Counted from the first letter of the stretch, positions 1 through 9,715 are shown. The stretch is 29,281 nt of DNA from Promethearchaeota archaeon (GCA_048938895.1 JBHLLU010000049.1:1-29281), one strand, 5' to 3'. Numbers and translations are program-made. The notes: generated from the sequence alone by a model not told the origin.

Positions 1-161
1 CCCTTTTTTCCAAGAACTTTGATTTTTCCTTCTTTCTTCAGACGTAGAAGATAAGTACGTGCATCTTGCTTGCTAAGTATGAGTTTTTCTGCGATCTCAT
101 CACTAGTCAATGGAAGAGATTTGAGTAGTTCCAATATACGTTCTTTATTACTTATCCCCAT
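1..161 (-). CDS. winged helix-turn-helix DNA-binding protein, 5' part only (runs off the window edge)
   Basis: Not in the ORF track. Manual translation from ATG at 161: MGISNKERILELLKSLPLTSDEIAEKLILSKQDARTYLLRLKKEGKIKVLGKK, a typical wHTH pattern (ILELL..PLT..EIA..L..S.......L..L...G.I). An in-frame TTG at 173 with GGTGAG upstream is an alternative start. Confidence 0.8.
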   Translation of the reverse strand, partial: MGISNKERILELLKSLPLTSDEIAEKLILSKQDARTYLLRLKKEGKIKVLGKK

Positions 162-252
162 ATCAAAATTCAAAACGATTATTTCTCACCCATTGCTTGA
201 GACTAACTCTCTCGTTAAGTTTCTTAACTTTGTTAAAAAATTTTTTTTATCT

Positions 253-376
253 GTATATTAATTGTATATTCTCATATATAAATATGGGGAAATATGTATA
301 TAAATTAAATTGAGACAGAAACATTTAAATAGGTGTAAATGCAATTAATCTTCATGAAAGTATACGATTAATATAC
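253..376. promoter_or_regulatory. two oppositely oriented copies of a 16-bp motif TATACRATTAATATAC in a divergent promoter region (candidate operators)
   Basis: 361-376 (+) reads TATACGATTAATATAC; the reverse complement of 253-268 reads TATACAATTAATATAC (15/16 identical). Each copy is a TATAC direct repeat at 11-bp spacing. Confidence 0.55.
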
Positions 377-418
377 GACTGTATATACATAATATACAGA
401 ATGAATCCAATATGAAGG

Positions 419-631
419 ATGAATATGACTGAAGACAGATATATTAAAGTTCCGGAAGATATCACTTTTCTTTTAGAGCTTTGTCGTGTATTATTAAGAA
501 GAATTAGAACTGATAATCCAAATCAAGATATTCCAGTGAGTATTAATGAACTAAAGAGATTAAGAAGTCTAGAGGAAATCTATTCTAAATTAGAATATAG
601 AATAATAAACCGAGAGGAGTTGCTATCATGA
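419..631 (+). CDS. small hypothetical protein, translationally coupled to the roadblock gene
   Basis: 70-aa ORF; ATGA stop/start overlap at 628-631, with GAGGAG RBS at about 613-618 for the next gene. Confidence 0.65.
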   Translation: MNMTEDRYIKVPEDITFLLELCRVLLRRIRTDNPNQDIPVSINELKRLRSLEEIYSKLEYRIINREELLS

Positions 632-1047
632 TAAATCAAGATAATAATTCAGATACTAAGATCAATGAAGATAAAGATGACTATCTTAACAAATTAAAGA
701 AGATTTTGAAAAAACTGTTATCCGATAATCCAGTTATTACCATTGCAACGATTTCTTCAGTTGAGGGCCTTCCAATTTGTTCATATATCCCCAGGGGGAA
801 AAATGAGACCATAATTTCTGCGATGGTTGCGACTTTGCTCTCATTATCCGAAAGGGCAGTCATGGAAATGAAAATTGGTGAATTCACACAATTATTTATC
901 AAGGGGATTGATGGATATTTATTAGTCTTTGAAGCAGGTCCGAATGCAGTTTTAGCAGTATCAACTACTAATAAAGCAAAATTAGGTCTTATTTTTCTTG
1001 AATGTGGACGTGTGGCAAATGAAATAGCAGATATTATAGGAAGATAG
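628..1047 (+). CDS. roadblock/LC7 (MglB-like) domain protein
   Basis: Pattern L..LL...P.I....I.S.EGLPI.S.........ISAM.A.LLSL.ERA..E...G...Q..IKG.DGY......G..AVL.V......KLGLI..E.......I matches the roadblock fold expanded in Asgard archaea. Confidence 0.92.
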   Translation: MINQDNNSDTKINEDKDDYLNKLKKILKKLLSDNPVITIATISSVEGLPICSYIPRGKNETIISAMVATLLSLSERAVMEMKIGEFTQLFIKGIDGYLLVFEAGPNAVLAVSTTNKAKLGLIFLECGRVANEIADIIGR

Positions 1048-1120
1048 GATTTATATCCCTAAGTGAATGTTTGTATAATGAATAAATAAAAACCTCAAAT
1101 ATAATTTTCATATCCAAAAC

Positions 1121-3124
1121 ATGAACCAGCTACCAAGAAGAAGACTCGTCATCCTAATCATACTTCTTACTTTATTTGTTCCTATATTTTTTTTCTTTTC
1201 TCAGATAGCTTATGGATATGATAAAGAAATTAGAGTAGTTAAAGATGCAAGTGTGTATGAATACAAGCCAGATACAAATTTTGGCAATGATACGCTTTTA
1301 CGGGTTGGTAATTACCATGCAGGCAAAGTAAGAGCATACTATTTTTTTGATATTTCTTCTCATTCGAAAAAGTGGAAAGAAGCGACTATAGCAGTTCGTT
1401 TCAATTATGGTTCTGATATGGTGTATGTGGGAGCAAATTTGACATATGATAGCTGGGATGAGGCAACAATAACATGGAATAATAAACCAAGTGAAGGAAT
1501 ATATCGAGGATATATTCTATGCAATGGTTTCGATTTTAATATCCCTCTTAAAACAGATAATTTTACAAATGGTCGAGTTACTATATGTTTATACGGAAAA
1601 GGAGGTTCAGATGAGGGATTTATACAAGGAGACTCAAAAGAAGGCACATCAAGAATGACAGAAACTCCAATGATATTTTTAACTTACGATGGTTTTAATG
1701 CAATCTTCCCCATAATAGTAGTTATAATAATAACTATAGTAATAACATTGGGGATAATAGCAACTGCTTTTGTTTATTCTGTAGTCACGACACGAAAATT
1801 TAAACCTGAGTTCCAAAAAAAGTCAGCTATAGCACAACATAAAATCCCAAAGGTTCCTAATTTCCCAAATATTCCAGAAATACCAGAAATTCCTGAAATC
1901 TTTCTTAGGAGAAGTACAGTAATTCACCCGGATCTTGAGAAAAAGATAAATAACTATATCACTCTCAAAATGGTAGGTGGAAAAACATTTATCTACGTAA
2001 ATGGTAAGAGGTTTTTACAGTGTATCCGCTTAATCCTAAGTATACCACAAGATGAGGTGCATTTGTATGATGAGATTGACTCTATAGACGAAGCAGCGAA
2101 ATTGTATAACAAACATGTCTTTCAAAATCGAATCGTAAGAGGTCCAATGGCGGCACCAGACCATGATCAGAATCACGATATTACACCCGAACAGGAATTC
2201 TGGGGTCATTGTTCGAATATACAGGCATGGGTTGAGCATGATTATGACACGAGGATACTGATGAGTAATATTTCCTTTCCGTTATTGAGAGAATTAACAA
2301 TGGTTGGAGATCCTCTCGCAAAAAAAGTATATAAAGAAGAAATTGCCTTAAGGCTTGAAAGTGGACAACCATCTGTAGTTCAATATCTTCTTACTCAAGG
2401 ATATATTCGAGTTTTTAGTTCTGAAGAATTAAAAACTATTTTAGAAACTAGTAATGTCGTAAAGAATCTTACATCTGAACCTAGAATGCTCCCTCGAATT
2501 ATAAATGCTTTAATGCTTAGATTTCCAGATGTAATCGAAACTATTATATTAAAAATCTTAAAGCTTCCAAAGGGAAAAGATATTTTTATATCGACATTTA
2601 TAACCCCTGGAAGGCCTCAATCAAGTCCATATTTAGGTTCATACCCTAGGCTATTTTCGCTTCTAAAACCTGCCTTAGAGAAGCTGTTAATAAAAGTAGA
2701 TGAAGAATTAGGTGAGGATATTAGAGATTGTATTAATTTAATCGAAGAGAAATTTGGTAAAAGACAAATTTATACTCCATACGCTATAAGGGATAAACCA
2801 GAATTATTCAAGAAGGTTTATGATAATCAACAGCTACTGAAGAATTTAGCAGACGTAAAGAAATTCGTAGAAGGTCAGAAAGTCATGGAGGAAAAGAAAT
2901 TTATACACCTTCCGCAACTATTTTTAAAAGATGTTCAAAAGGCGAGTAAGTGTTCCTACTGTGGAAAAATCATTCCTAAAGGTAAACTAACTTGCGATTG
3001 GTGTGGACACAGAAAGGATGATGAGGGATTTTTCCCCTTTCCCTACATTTTTAAACCTCCCGGTGGCGGCGCTGGCGGTGGTCGCCATAAAGAGGCAGCG
3101 ATAGTTATCCCAGTTGTTGTATAA
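1121..3124 (+). CDS. multidomain membrane protein: signal/anchor, extracellular DNRLRE (CBM96-like) domain, TM helix, Lokiarchaeia-type conserved cytoplasmic domain, C-terminal zinc ribbon
   Basis: DNRLRE hallmarks D(A)SV...PDTNFG, RAY..FDIS, WDE.TITWNNKP, SKE. Hydrophobic segment IFPIIVVIIITIVITLGIIATAFV. Cytoplasmic motif NNYITLK..GGKT.IYVNG..F.QC..SIDEAA..ITPEQEFWGHCSNIQAW.EHDYDTR. Zinc ribbon CSYC..CDWC. Confidence 0.8.
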   Translation: MNQLPRRRLVILIILLTLFVPIFFFFSQIAYGYDKEIRVVKDASVYEYKPDTNFGNDTLLRVGNYHAGKVRAYYFFDISSHSKKWKEATIAVRFNYGSDMVYVGANLTYDSWDEATITWNNKPSEGIYRGYILCNGFDFNIPLKTDNFTNGRVTICLYGKGGSDEGFIQGDSKEGTSRMTETPMIFLTYDGFNAIFPIIVVIIITIVITLGIIATAFVYSVVTTRKFKPEFQKKSAIAQHKIPKVPNFPNIPEIPEIPEIFLRRSTVIHPDLEKKINNYITLKMVGGKTFIYVNGKRFLQCIRLILSIPQDEVHLYDEIDSIDEAAKLYNKHVFQNRIVRGPMAAPDHDQNHDITPEQEFWGHCSNIQAWVEHDYDTRILMSNISFPLLRELTMVGDPLAKKVYKEEIALRLESGQPSVVQYLLTQGYIRVFSSEELKTILETSNVVKNLTSEPRMLPRIINALMLRFPDVIETIILKILKLPKGKDIFISTFITPGRPQSSPYLGSYPRLFSLLKPALEKLLIKVDEELGEDIRDCINLIEEKFGKRQIYTPYAIRDKPELFKKVYDNQQLLKNLADVKKFVEGQKVMEEKKFIHLPQLFLKDVQKASKCSYCGKIIPKGKLTCDWCGHRKDDEGFFPFPYIFKPPGGGAGGGRHKEAAIVIPVVV

Positions 3125-3141
3125 TAGAGGTTTGATACTTT

Positions 3142-3843
3142 TTATTTTTTAAATTCTGGCAGATGATCTGGTGGCCATGCTCGAGGGATGCTTCCACCTT
3201 TTAAATATCGGAAGTCACAAATATCGGCTCCATTTCCTATTGTTTGAGTACGTGTCAGACCATATCCATAAGCTCGAGCTTGGGCAAAATCAGCAATGCA
3301 AACCAATGGCATGAAATGTTCAGCATCCTGACTTTTATAGAATTTATACACTCCGCATTCAGAATAATCTACACCAAAAGTGAAAGTTTTGCCATCTCCT
3401 TCTATGAAATTTGATACCCAATCTCCTGGATAGTTTTTTAACTTAGATTCCCTTGCCCGTTTTCTTTCTTTGTTTAAATATTCCTCTGAGAAAATATCTT
3501 CTGACTGTGGAATCATTCTATAAAAAGCTTCGAATAATTCGTAGGTTATTCTTCCGATTTCTCTAAACTCAAGTCCTTGTTTCTCAACTGATCTGAGAAT
3601 TGGCAATAGTCCAGCAGCATTGATAAGAGGTTCAGTTAAGCGGTTGTCATTACCTCCAATATAAGGTAAGTGGGGGATGAGTTTTTCAAATTCATTACGT
3701 GTTGAGGTAACCATCTCATTGCATTTTTCTTCTCCGAAATTATCGATCAGAGTTTGCTTAGCAATCAAAAGCATAGCGTCAAACGTCCGCATTAACAGTT
3801 TTTTCTTCTTTATGTAAAAATTGACTTTATTTTCAGCATTCAT
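3142..3843 (-). CDS. L-2-amino-thiazoline-4-carboxylic acid hydrolase family (ATC hydrolase-like) protein
   Basis: LPYIGG..N and C-terminal Y.ECG..KF.......F.P..C.AD.......G..L.RTQTI..GA..CDFR motif with three conserved Cys. Confidence 0.88.
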   Translation of the reverse strand: MNAENKVNFYIKKKKLLMRTFDAMLLIAKQTLIDNFGEEKCNEMVTSTRNEFEKLIPHLPYIGGNDNRLTEPLINAAGLLPILRSVEKQGLEFREIGRITYELFEAFYRMIPQSEDIFSEEYLNKERKRARESKLKNYPGDWVSNFIEGDGKTFTFGVDYSECGVYKFYKSQDAEHFMPLVCIADFAQARAYGYGLTRTQTIGNGADICDFRYLKGGSIPRAWPPDHLPEFKK

Positions 3844-3960
3844 ATTCTTGGTTAATTTTAAAATTCTACTTGATATTATTCTAAGTTTAAAGAGATTTAT
3901 AAGTTTAGTAATAATTTTGCTTTAGTTCAAAACGTATTGATTTCATTTAAATAAAAACTA

Positions 3961-3983
3961 TGCATTAAAATACATTTAATGCA
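3961..3983. promoter_or_regulatory. perfect 9-bp inverted repeat (TGCATTAAA-N5-TTTAATGCA), candidate transcription-factor site
   Basis: Read directly from sequence; lies between divergent genes (3843 - and 4035 +), about 50 bp before the 4035 start. Confidence 0.5.
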
Positions 3984-4034
3984 CTATTTTATGTAATTTA
4001 AACGTTATTCAAATTATTGCTGAGGTAATAAAAA

Positions 4035-4547
4035 ATGGGTAAAGATGGCACCATTTTTGGGATTATTGGATTAATTCTGGGAGCAGGAGGTTTAGGATTA
4101 GGAGGTTATATGTGGATATCTTTATCAAAAGTAGAAAATCAGATGACTAACATTTCACAACAATCATTGTGGTATAAATGTAATGAAACCCCAATTAATA
4201 CCAATCCTATTTTTAGTTATATTTCATTCAATGGCCTAACCATTGAATTTACACTAGGTCATAATGAATCTGCTTACTTTACTTTTACGGCATTAGCACA
4301 TTTGGAACCCGATTCAGGATGGTCTCAAATTTACGTTTATTTCAAGGTAAATGGGATTATTGATACCGACCATTATGCCTTAGTGGGACTATATAATGGA
4401 GAGACTGCTTCACTTATAATAACATTGCAATATATTAGGCGTGATTTATCCCTGGGAGTACATAGTGTTACAATAGTTATATATGGAACCAAAACAGGTA
4501 ATTATATTTATTGTAGTTCATTATCTGTACAAAAAATTTCATGGTAA
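4035..4547 (+). CDS. hypothetical N-terminally anchored surface protein with a beta-rich domain
   Basis: Gly-rich hydrophobic N-terminus (GIIGLILGAGGLGLGG); GAGGT RBS at about 4022; alternating beta-strand pattern; T-rich tract after the stop. Confidence 0.75.
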   Translation: MGKDGTIFGIIGLILGAGGLGLGGYMWISLSKVENQMTNISQQSLWYKCNETPINTNPIFSYISFNGLTIEFTLGHNESAYFTFTALAHLEPDSGWSQIYVYFKVNGIIDTDHYALVGLYNGETASLIITLQYIRRDLSLGVHSVTIVIYGTKTGNYIYCSSLSVQKISW

Positions 4548-4638
4548 CTTCCTAAATTAACTTTATTTTTTTTGAATTATTTTGCATAAACTAGTGATAA
4601 TGCTATTTTACAATTTTGGACTGAAAAGGGTAATTTAA

Positions 4639-5901
4639 ATGAAAATGATTACAGGTGTAGATATCTTAGAGGATGATATAAAGGAAAAATTAAGAACAGA
4701 AAACATCTACAAAATTTTTAATAATTTTATATTTCCTCTCATAACTGAAGAAGAACGCGAATTTCTGGAAGAATTGGAACGGTTTCTATTAAAAGATATT
4801 GAACCTAAAATAAATTTAAATGAAGAAGTATATGAACTCTTCCCCATTCTTGGAAAAAAGAATTATATCCAAAGATTAAATCCATGTGGTGATTCTGAAA
4901 GGTATAATATGCGTTATGAAATGCTGTTAGCAATGGCTACATCGATTATCGATCCCGAATTAGATTTAGCTCGAGTAGTAACGGGAGTGATATTTGCTAA
5001 TCCACTGTTTCTATTTGGTAAAGGAGAAAGAATTTCAGAAATTTTGAATGAAATAATAACAGGTAAAAAGATTGGTTGTATTTGTATTACGGAGAGAAGA
5101 CGAGGATCTGACGCAGTGAATATGGAAACGAAAGTTGAAGATAAAGGAGATCATGTAGAGTTCACTGGAGAAAAGTTATATACTACTAATGGACCTGTGG
5201 CTGATTATTTTATCGTGTATGGTGTTTCAGATGTTTCAGATCCACGAGCTACTATGTATCAAGCAATCGCAGAAAGAGGTCATGAAGGCTTGGTAACCAA
5301 TAGACTCGGTGTTCAATCTATTCCGCGAGTACAAATTGGGCAAACTATTTTTAATTCTGTAAAAATACCAAAAGAAAATGTACTTGGTGATAGAGGACAG
5401 GGGTATAAAAACTTATTTTCGGGGCTAGTGGCAGAACGATGTTCCATTATGGGTTCAAGTCTGGGTATAGCCTGGTTAACTGCGGTTACAGGACTCATTT
5501 ACACCAATCTCAGAACTCAATTTGGACGACCATTATATGACTTTCAAGGAGTATCATTTCCTCAAACTCAAAATTTCACTGAACTTATGGCTGCTACTGA
5601 ACTAGGATTTAAATCAGCTTCAGAGTATAATAAAACTATTGAGCGGGATCATTTCGGGGAACAGAAATTCATTAAATACAATGCATCATTCAGTTCAGGA
5701 TCCAAATATTTGGCATCACACCTAGCCCAAAAAATTTCGTACGAAACTCAACAATTGTGTGGTGGGATCGCCTTTACAGATAACCTAAGAATTGATAAAG
5801 CCTTAGAAGTAGCTAAAGTTCAGGAAATCATAGGCGGTGCTCGTAATATACAACTTTATTTAGTCAGTAGAACCATAAGAGATATGGTATTACGATTGTA
5901 A
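4639..5901 (+). CDS. acyl-CoA dehydrogenase family protein
   Basis: CITE...GSD, GEK.YTTNG, F..V.IP.ENVLG..GQG, R.QFGRPL..FQ, QLCGG motifs. Confidence 0.93.
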   Translation: MKMITGVDILEDDIKEKLRTENIYKIFNNFIFPLITEEEREFLEELERFLLKDIEPKINLNEEVYELFPILGKKNYIQRLNPCGDSERYNMRYEMLLAMATSIIDPELDLARVVTGVIFANPLFLFGKGERISEILNEIITGKKIGCICITERRRGSDAVNMETKVEDKGDHVEFTGEKLYTTNGPVADYFIVYGVSDVSDPRATMYQAIAERGHEGLVTNRLGVQSIPRVQIGQTIFNSVKIPKENVLGDRGQGYKNLFSGLVAERCSIMGSSLGIAWLTAVTGLIYTNLRTQFGRPLYDFQGVSFPQTQNFTELMAATELGFKSASEYNKTIERDHFGEQKFIKYNASFSSGSKYLASHLAQKISYETQQLCGGIAFTDNLRIDKALEVAKVQEIIGGARNIQLYLVSRTIRDMVLRL

Positions 5902-6043
5902 TTGAATAATTATTCTTTATACCCCTTAACCTGAAATAAATTTAATAGTGCTTCTTATCATTATTTTACTAATATCCTATTTGGGAATATGAAGTAGATA
6001 CTTACTTTGATCAATTAGTAAGCATCTAAATGGTATAAGAATA

Positions 6044-9000
6044 ATGTTGACTCAACATTTTAAGAAAATTAGGATTGTGAAAAGAGATCAAAAGAACAAG
6101 CAGTATATATTAATTATTTTGTTTTTTAGCATTTTTTTAATTCCTATTTTGACTATTGTTTATAATAACGAATCAATCACTGATTTTAATGAACGAGAAT
6201 CTCCAATCATCTCATCAAATGATGTAAATGGTAGATATTTACCAGTCATTCAACATGCAAACATTTCAAAATCATTTAGTGAAGGAGAATTTCCTTCTAA
6301 CGTTAGCTTTAATCTTGCACCAGGATGGACGTCAAAAAATGTAACAATTAGTTACTCCGGGTTAAGCACAAGAAAAGATTGGGTGTCTAACGGTGAATTT
6401 GATTCTGATATGAATGGATGGACATATGAATCTCTTGGTTCAGAATGGTCATTAGCAGGATATGGTAGTTCTGGGAATCCTGGAGGTTGCCTCAAATTCA
6501 GGGTATCCGGAGGTGTGTCTAAAGGAGATTATTCTTATTTTGAACAAAATGTTGCGATTCCGGAGGAATTTGCTTCAGGAACTGCTAGATTGTCTATTGA
6601 TTATTATATTGCATGGACAAGTACTTTTAATGGAAGTATCTTTATATCGTTAGTTGTAGATAATGTAGAGAAAAATAAAACAGTACATCTCCAATCAGCA
6701 CCTATCATGTCTTGGGAATCCCTAATATTATCTTACGACCCTCTAGCATACGGACAAGTACTTCCTGGAGATGTTTCCTTAAGAATTGGAGTTTATACCT
6801 GGGAAGCAGATTCGGTTACCCCATGGAATGAATTTTACTTTGATAATATTAAATGCGAATTGGAGACAAAACCAAATATTCCTAACATAATATATGTAAA
6901 AGATAATGAATTTAATCAAAATTACTCCTATATAAACACTAGTTTTGGAGAAGGATATTCTTTCATTGATACTGAACGTTATCGTGAGGTCAGTGATGAT
7001 ATTATTTTTACGATTTACCAAAATATATCGGATGTTTTGGACCTAAATATAGATACAATTTCAATTCATTCTCCTTCAGAGAAATCCCTAAATTCATCAG
7101 TGTTAGGAGTAGAAGGAAGTTGTTATGAATTTGGAACAAATATTAGTTGGTATACAGAATTATCCATCTCTTCTATTCCACCAGATTACACAAGCTGGGT
7201 TGAATTAGAAAAACCTACTGATTGGTTTTTTACTAGTATTATTGATGGATATGAAGCAGATCGAACAAGTAATTGCTTTGGTAAAGAATTTGGTTCGCCT
7301 AAACTTATAATCCCTTCTGGTATAATAGGACCTGGTTTGTGGAAATTAAGTGCAATAAGTCAAAATTACATTTCTGAAAGTTCATTATTTGTTTGGAATG
7401 GGATAGGATTTGAAATAACAGACACATTTAACCATGATGATAAATTTAAAATAAGTGTATCTTTGAACAGTACCATTTCTCTTCAAAATACTGTTATTAA
7501 TTGTTCTATCTTTTACCCAAATGGCACACTTCTCCTTCACCAAACCAAAGAGCCTTTAAGTTATAATTTAAATTTTGGAAATTATACTGTAGGAAAAAAC
7601 ATGACGGTTGGAGAATATCTGGTCAAGCTGAAATGGTTAAATAGCCAGAGTTCTGAATTTGTTGATGAGGTAGGGTATTCAGAATTCATATTTACTGTGT
7701 GGCACAATACTACTTTAACAGCAGTAGATTCCTATATTGAGAGACTTGCTGGGGACCCTTGTTTAATTAAAGTTAATTACACGGATTATGATTTCAAAAC
7801 TTACATCCCTTTTGCTACAGTAACTTATAATTCTACCTTTGGACAATCAGGAGTGATGGATTTCATCGGCACAGGCCCTTATATTCTCGATTTAGATACA
7901 TCTGATTTAGAATTAGGGGATTATTATTTTTCATTTAATGCATCAAAAGATTTCTATCAGAGTCAAACATCTAAAAATTTAATCCATTTAAAGATTATGG
8001 CACAACCTTTAACCATCGAGGTTCCAGATTCGATTATTACTGGTATGGGAAATGATTATGTAAGTTGTCGGATAAACGTAACAGGATTATATTCTAGTAG
8101 CTTAATTTGGCCAGTAAATATCACTACTGATTGGGAAAATCCTTATACGGTTACAGACCATAATAATGGTACATATACTCTGAATTTTTCGACAAGTAAT
8201 CTACCTACTCGTGGTATGAATGAATCATTTACAGTTAAAGTGTTTGCAAGTAAAAAATTTTATGGGAGTGCTTCAAGATTCATAACAATGGAAATTCATC
8301 CAATACAAGCAACTATTGGAGTGAATAATTCAATTATTTTGACAGATTTGGGAGATAAAATTTATTTTAAAGTGAACTATACTGAAAAAGGATCAATGTC
8401 TTTGATTGATGGAGCCATATGTAGCATTACTTGGCCGGACACATATACTATAACTTTTGAAGGCCAAGAATTTGTTATATGCTTAGATACCAGCAATCTT
8501 ACTATCGCAACTTATACTGCGTTTATAAAATTAGAAAAACCAGGATTTGAAACTGTCTACAGTAGTGTCACTGTGTATATTAACCGTATTGAGATAAAGG
8601 TTCAGACTATTGATTTTGAAGATTCAATTAAGGCTTCAATCGGGGAAACACTTATGATTAGGATTAATTTGACAGAAATGAGTACGGGATTTCCAATAGA
8701 AAATGCATCTGTATTCTATTCATGTAAATTTGGATTAGGATATTTTACATATGTGAGTGATGGGATTTATGAATTAGAGTTAACTCTCCCAAAGACTATT
8801 GATGGTAATTATAGAGTAACTCTAATTATCTTAAAGGAAGGTTCAGTTTATAAAACCAAAGAATTTTCTTTTTTTATCTCAATCAGTACGATAAAAAAAC
8901 CGGATTATACAATGTGGTACATCATAACGGGTCTTGTAATTATTCTCGGCATATTAGGTATTTTTAGTCTAAGAACATATGTTGTAGTTCCATATAGGAG

Positions 9001-9715
9001 GAAGAAGCAAGCCGAACTGCTTGCTAAGACTCAAAGGTATAAAGACATCATGAATATAGAAGCAATTGTAATTTCAAATCGTCTAAGTGGACTTCACATA
9101 TATTCTAAAAGCTATTACCTTATAAAAGATCATCAAAATGAATTATTGTCTGGTTTTATTCAAGCTATTACTCTAATAAGCAGTGAAATAGTAGGAAAAG
9201 AAAGGTTAGAAGAAATTAAGATTAAATCAGATAAAATAAAAGGAGTTGAGAAAATAATAGAGCTTGATTTCAAACACTTCAATTTCTTTATTAGCGATTA
9301 TAAAGATATAAGGATTATTTTTATTCTCAAAGAAAAAGCTTCTGACAGATTTAAAAGTATCATTGCTGAATTTTTATCCAATTTAGATGGAAAATTCGCA
9401 AATAAATTTAAAAACTGGACGGGGGACTTAGAAGAGTTTAGTACAGTTTTACCTTCTCTTATCAATAAACATTTTCAATTATTTTATAGAGAACATTTTA
9501 AAATTAATCCCATTTTAAATACAAATCGAATATCAAAAGATGAAGAGTTGAACAAGCTTGAAATACGCCTTCTAAATGTAGTTATTTCTATGACTAAAAA
9601 TCAAGAAGAATTTTACTTAGAAGACGCTCTTGAAACTATTCATGAAAAAAATAGGGATAAACTAATCGAGGCTCTTGAAGCGTTAATTACGAAAAAAATT
9701 CTTATACCTTCCTAA
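6044..9715 (+). CDS. large single-pass membrane protein with an extracellular beta-sandwich region and a cytoplasmic longin/roadblock-like domain
   Basis: N-terminal hydrophobic anchor; NGEFDS...GW carbohydrate-binding-module-like start; many N-x-S/T sequons; Ig-like repeats (G.Y.L...T..L..G.Y....ASK..Y); TM WYIITGLVIILGILGIFSL; cytoplasmic SGLHIYSK..LLSGFIQAIT...EI..ELDFKHFNFFI.D...IR.IFIL. Confidence 0.8.
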   Translation: MLTQHFKKIRIVKRDQKNKQYILIILFFSIFLIPILTIVYNNESITDFNERESPIISSNDVNGRYLPVIQHANISKSFSEGEFPSNVSFNLAPGWTSKNVTISYSGLSTRKDWVSNGEFDSDMNGWTYESLGSEWSLAGYGSSGNPGGCLKFRVSGGVSKGDYSYFEQNVAIPEEFASGTARLSIDYYIAWTSTFNGSIFISLVVDNVEKNKTVHLQSAPIMSWESLILSYDPLAYGQVLPGDVSLRIGVYTWEADSVTPWNEFYFDNIKCELETKPNIPNIIYVKDNEFNQNYSYINTSFGEGYSFIDTERYREVSDDIIFTIYQNISDVLDLNIDTISIHSPSEKSLNSSVLGVEGSCYEFGTNISWYTELSISSIPPDYTSWVELEKPTDWFFTSIIDGYEADRTSNCFGKEFGSPKLIIPSGIIGPGLWKLSAISQNYISESSLFVWNGIGFEITDTFNHDDKFKISVSLNSTISLQNTVINCSIFYPNGTLLLHQTKEPLSYNLNFGNYTVGKNMTVGEYLVKLKWLNSQSSEFVDEVGYSEFIFTVWHNTTLTAVDSYIERLAGDPCLIKVNYTDYDFKTYIPFATVTYNSTFGQSGVMDFIGTGPYILDLDTSDLELGDYYFSFNASKDFYQSQTSKNLIHLKIMAQPLTIEVPDSIITGMGNDYVSCRINVTGLYSSSLIWPVNITTDWENPYTVTDHNNGTYTLNFSTSNLPTRGMNESFTVKVFASKKFYGSASRFITMEIHPIQATIGVNNSIILTDLGDKIYFKVNYTEKGSMSLIDGAICSITWPDTYTITFEGQEFVICLDTSNLTIATYTAFIKLEKPGFETVYSSVTVYINRIEIKVQTIDFEDSIKASIGETLMIRINLTEMSTGFPIENASVFYSCKFGLGYFTYVSDGIYELELTLPKTIDGNYRVTLIILKEGSVYKTKEFSFFISISTIKKPDYTMWYIITGLVIILGILGIFSLRTYVVVPYRRKKQAELLAKTQRYKDIMNIEAIVISNRLSGLHIYSKSYYLIKDHQNELLSGFIQAITLISSEIVGKERLEEIKIKSDKIKGVEKIIELDFKHFNFFISDYKDIRIIFILKEKASDRFKSIIAEFLSNLDGKFANKFKNWTGDLEEFSTVLPSLINKHFQLFYREHFKINPILNTNRISKDEELNKLEIRLLNVVISMTKNQEEFYLEDALETIHEKNRDKLIEALEALITKKILIPS

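Noticed and set aside
70-261. 63-aa + strand ORF
   Set aside because: Shadow of the minus-strand wHTH gene; TTG start, runs into a poly-T promoter region.
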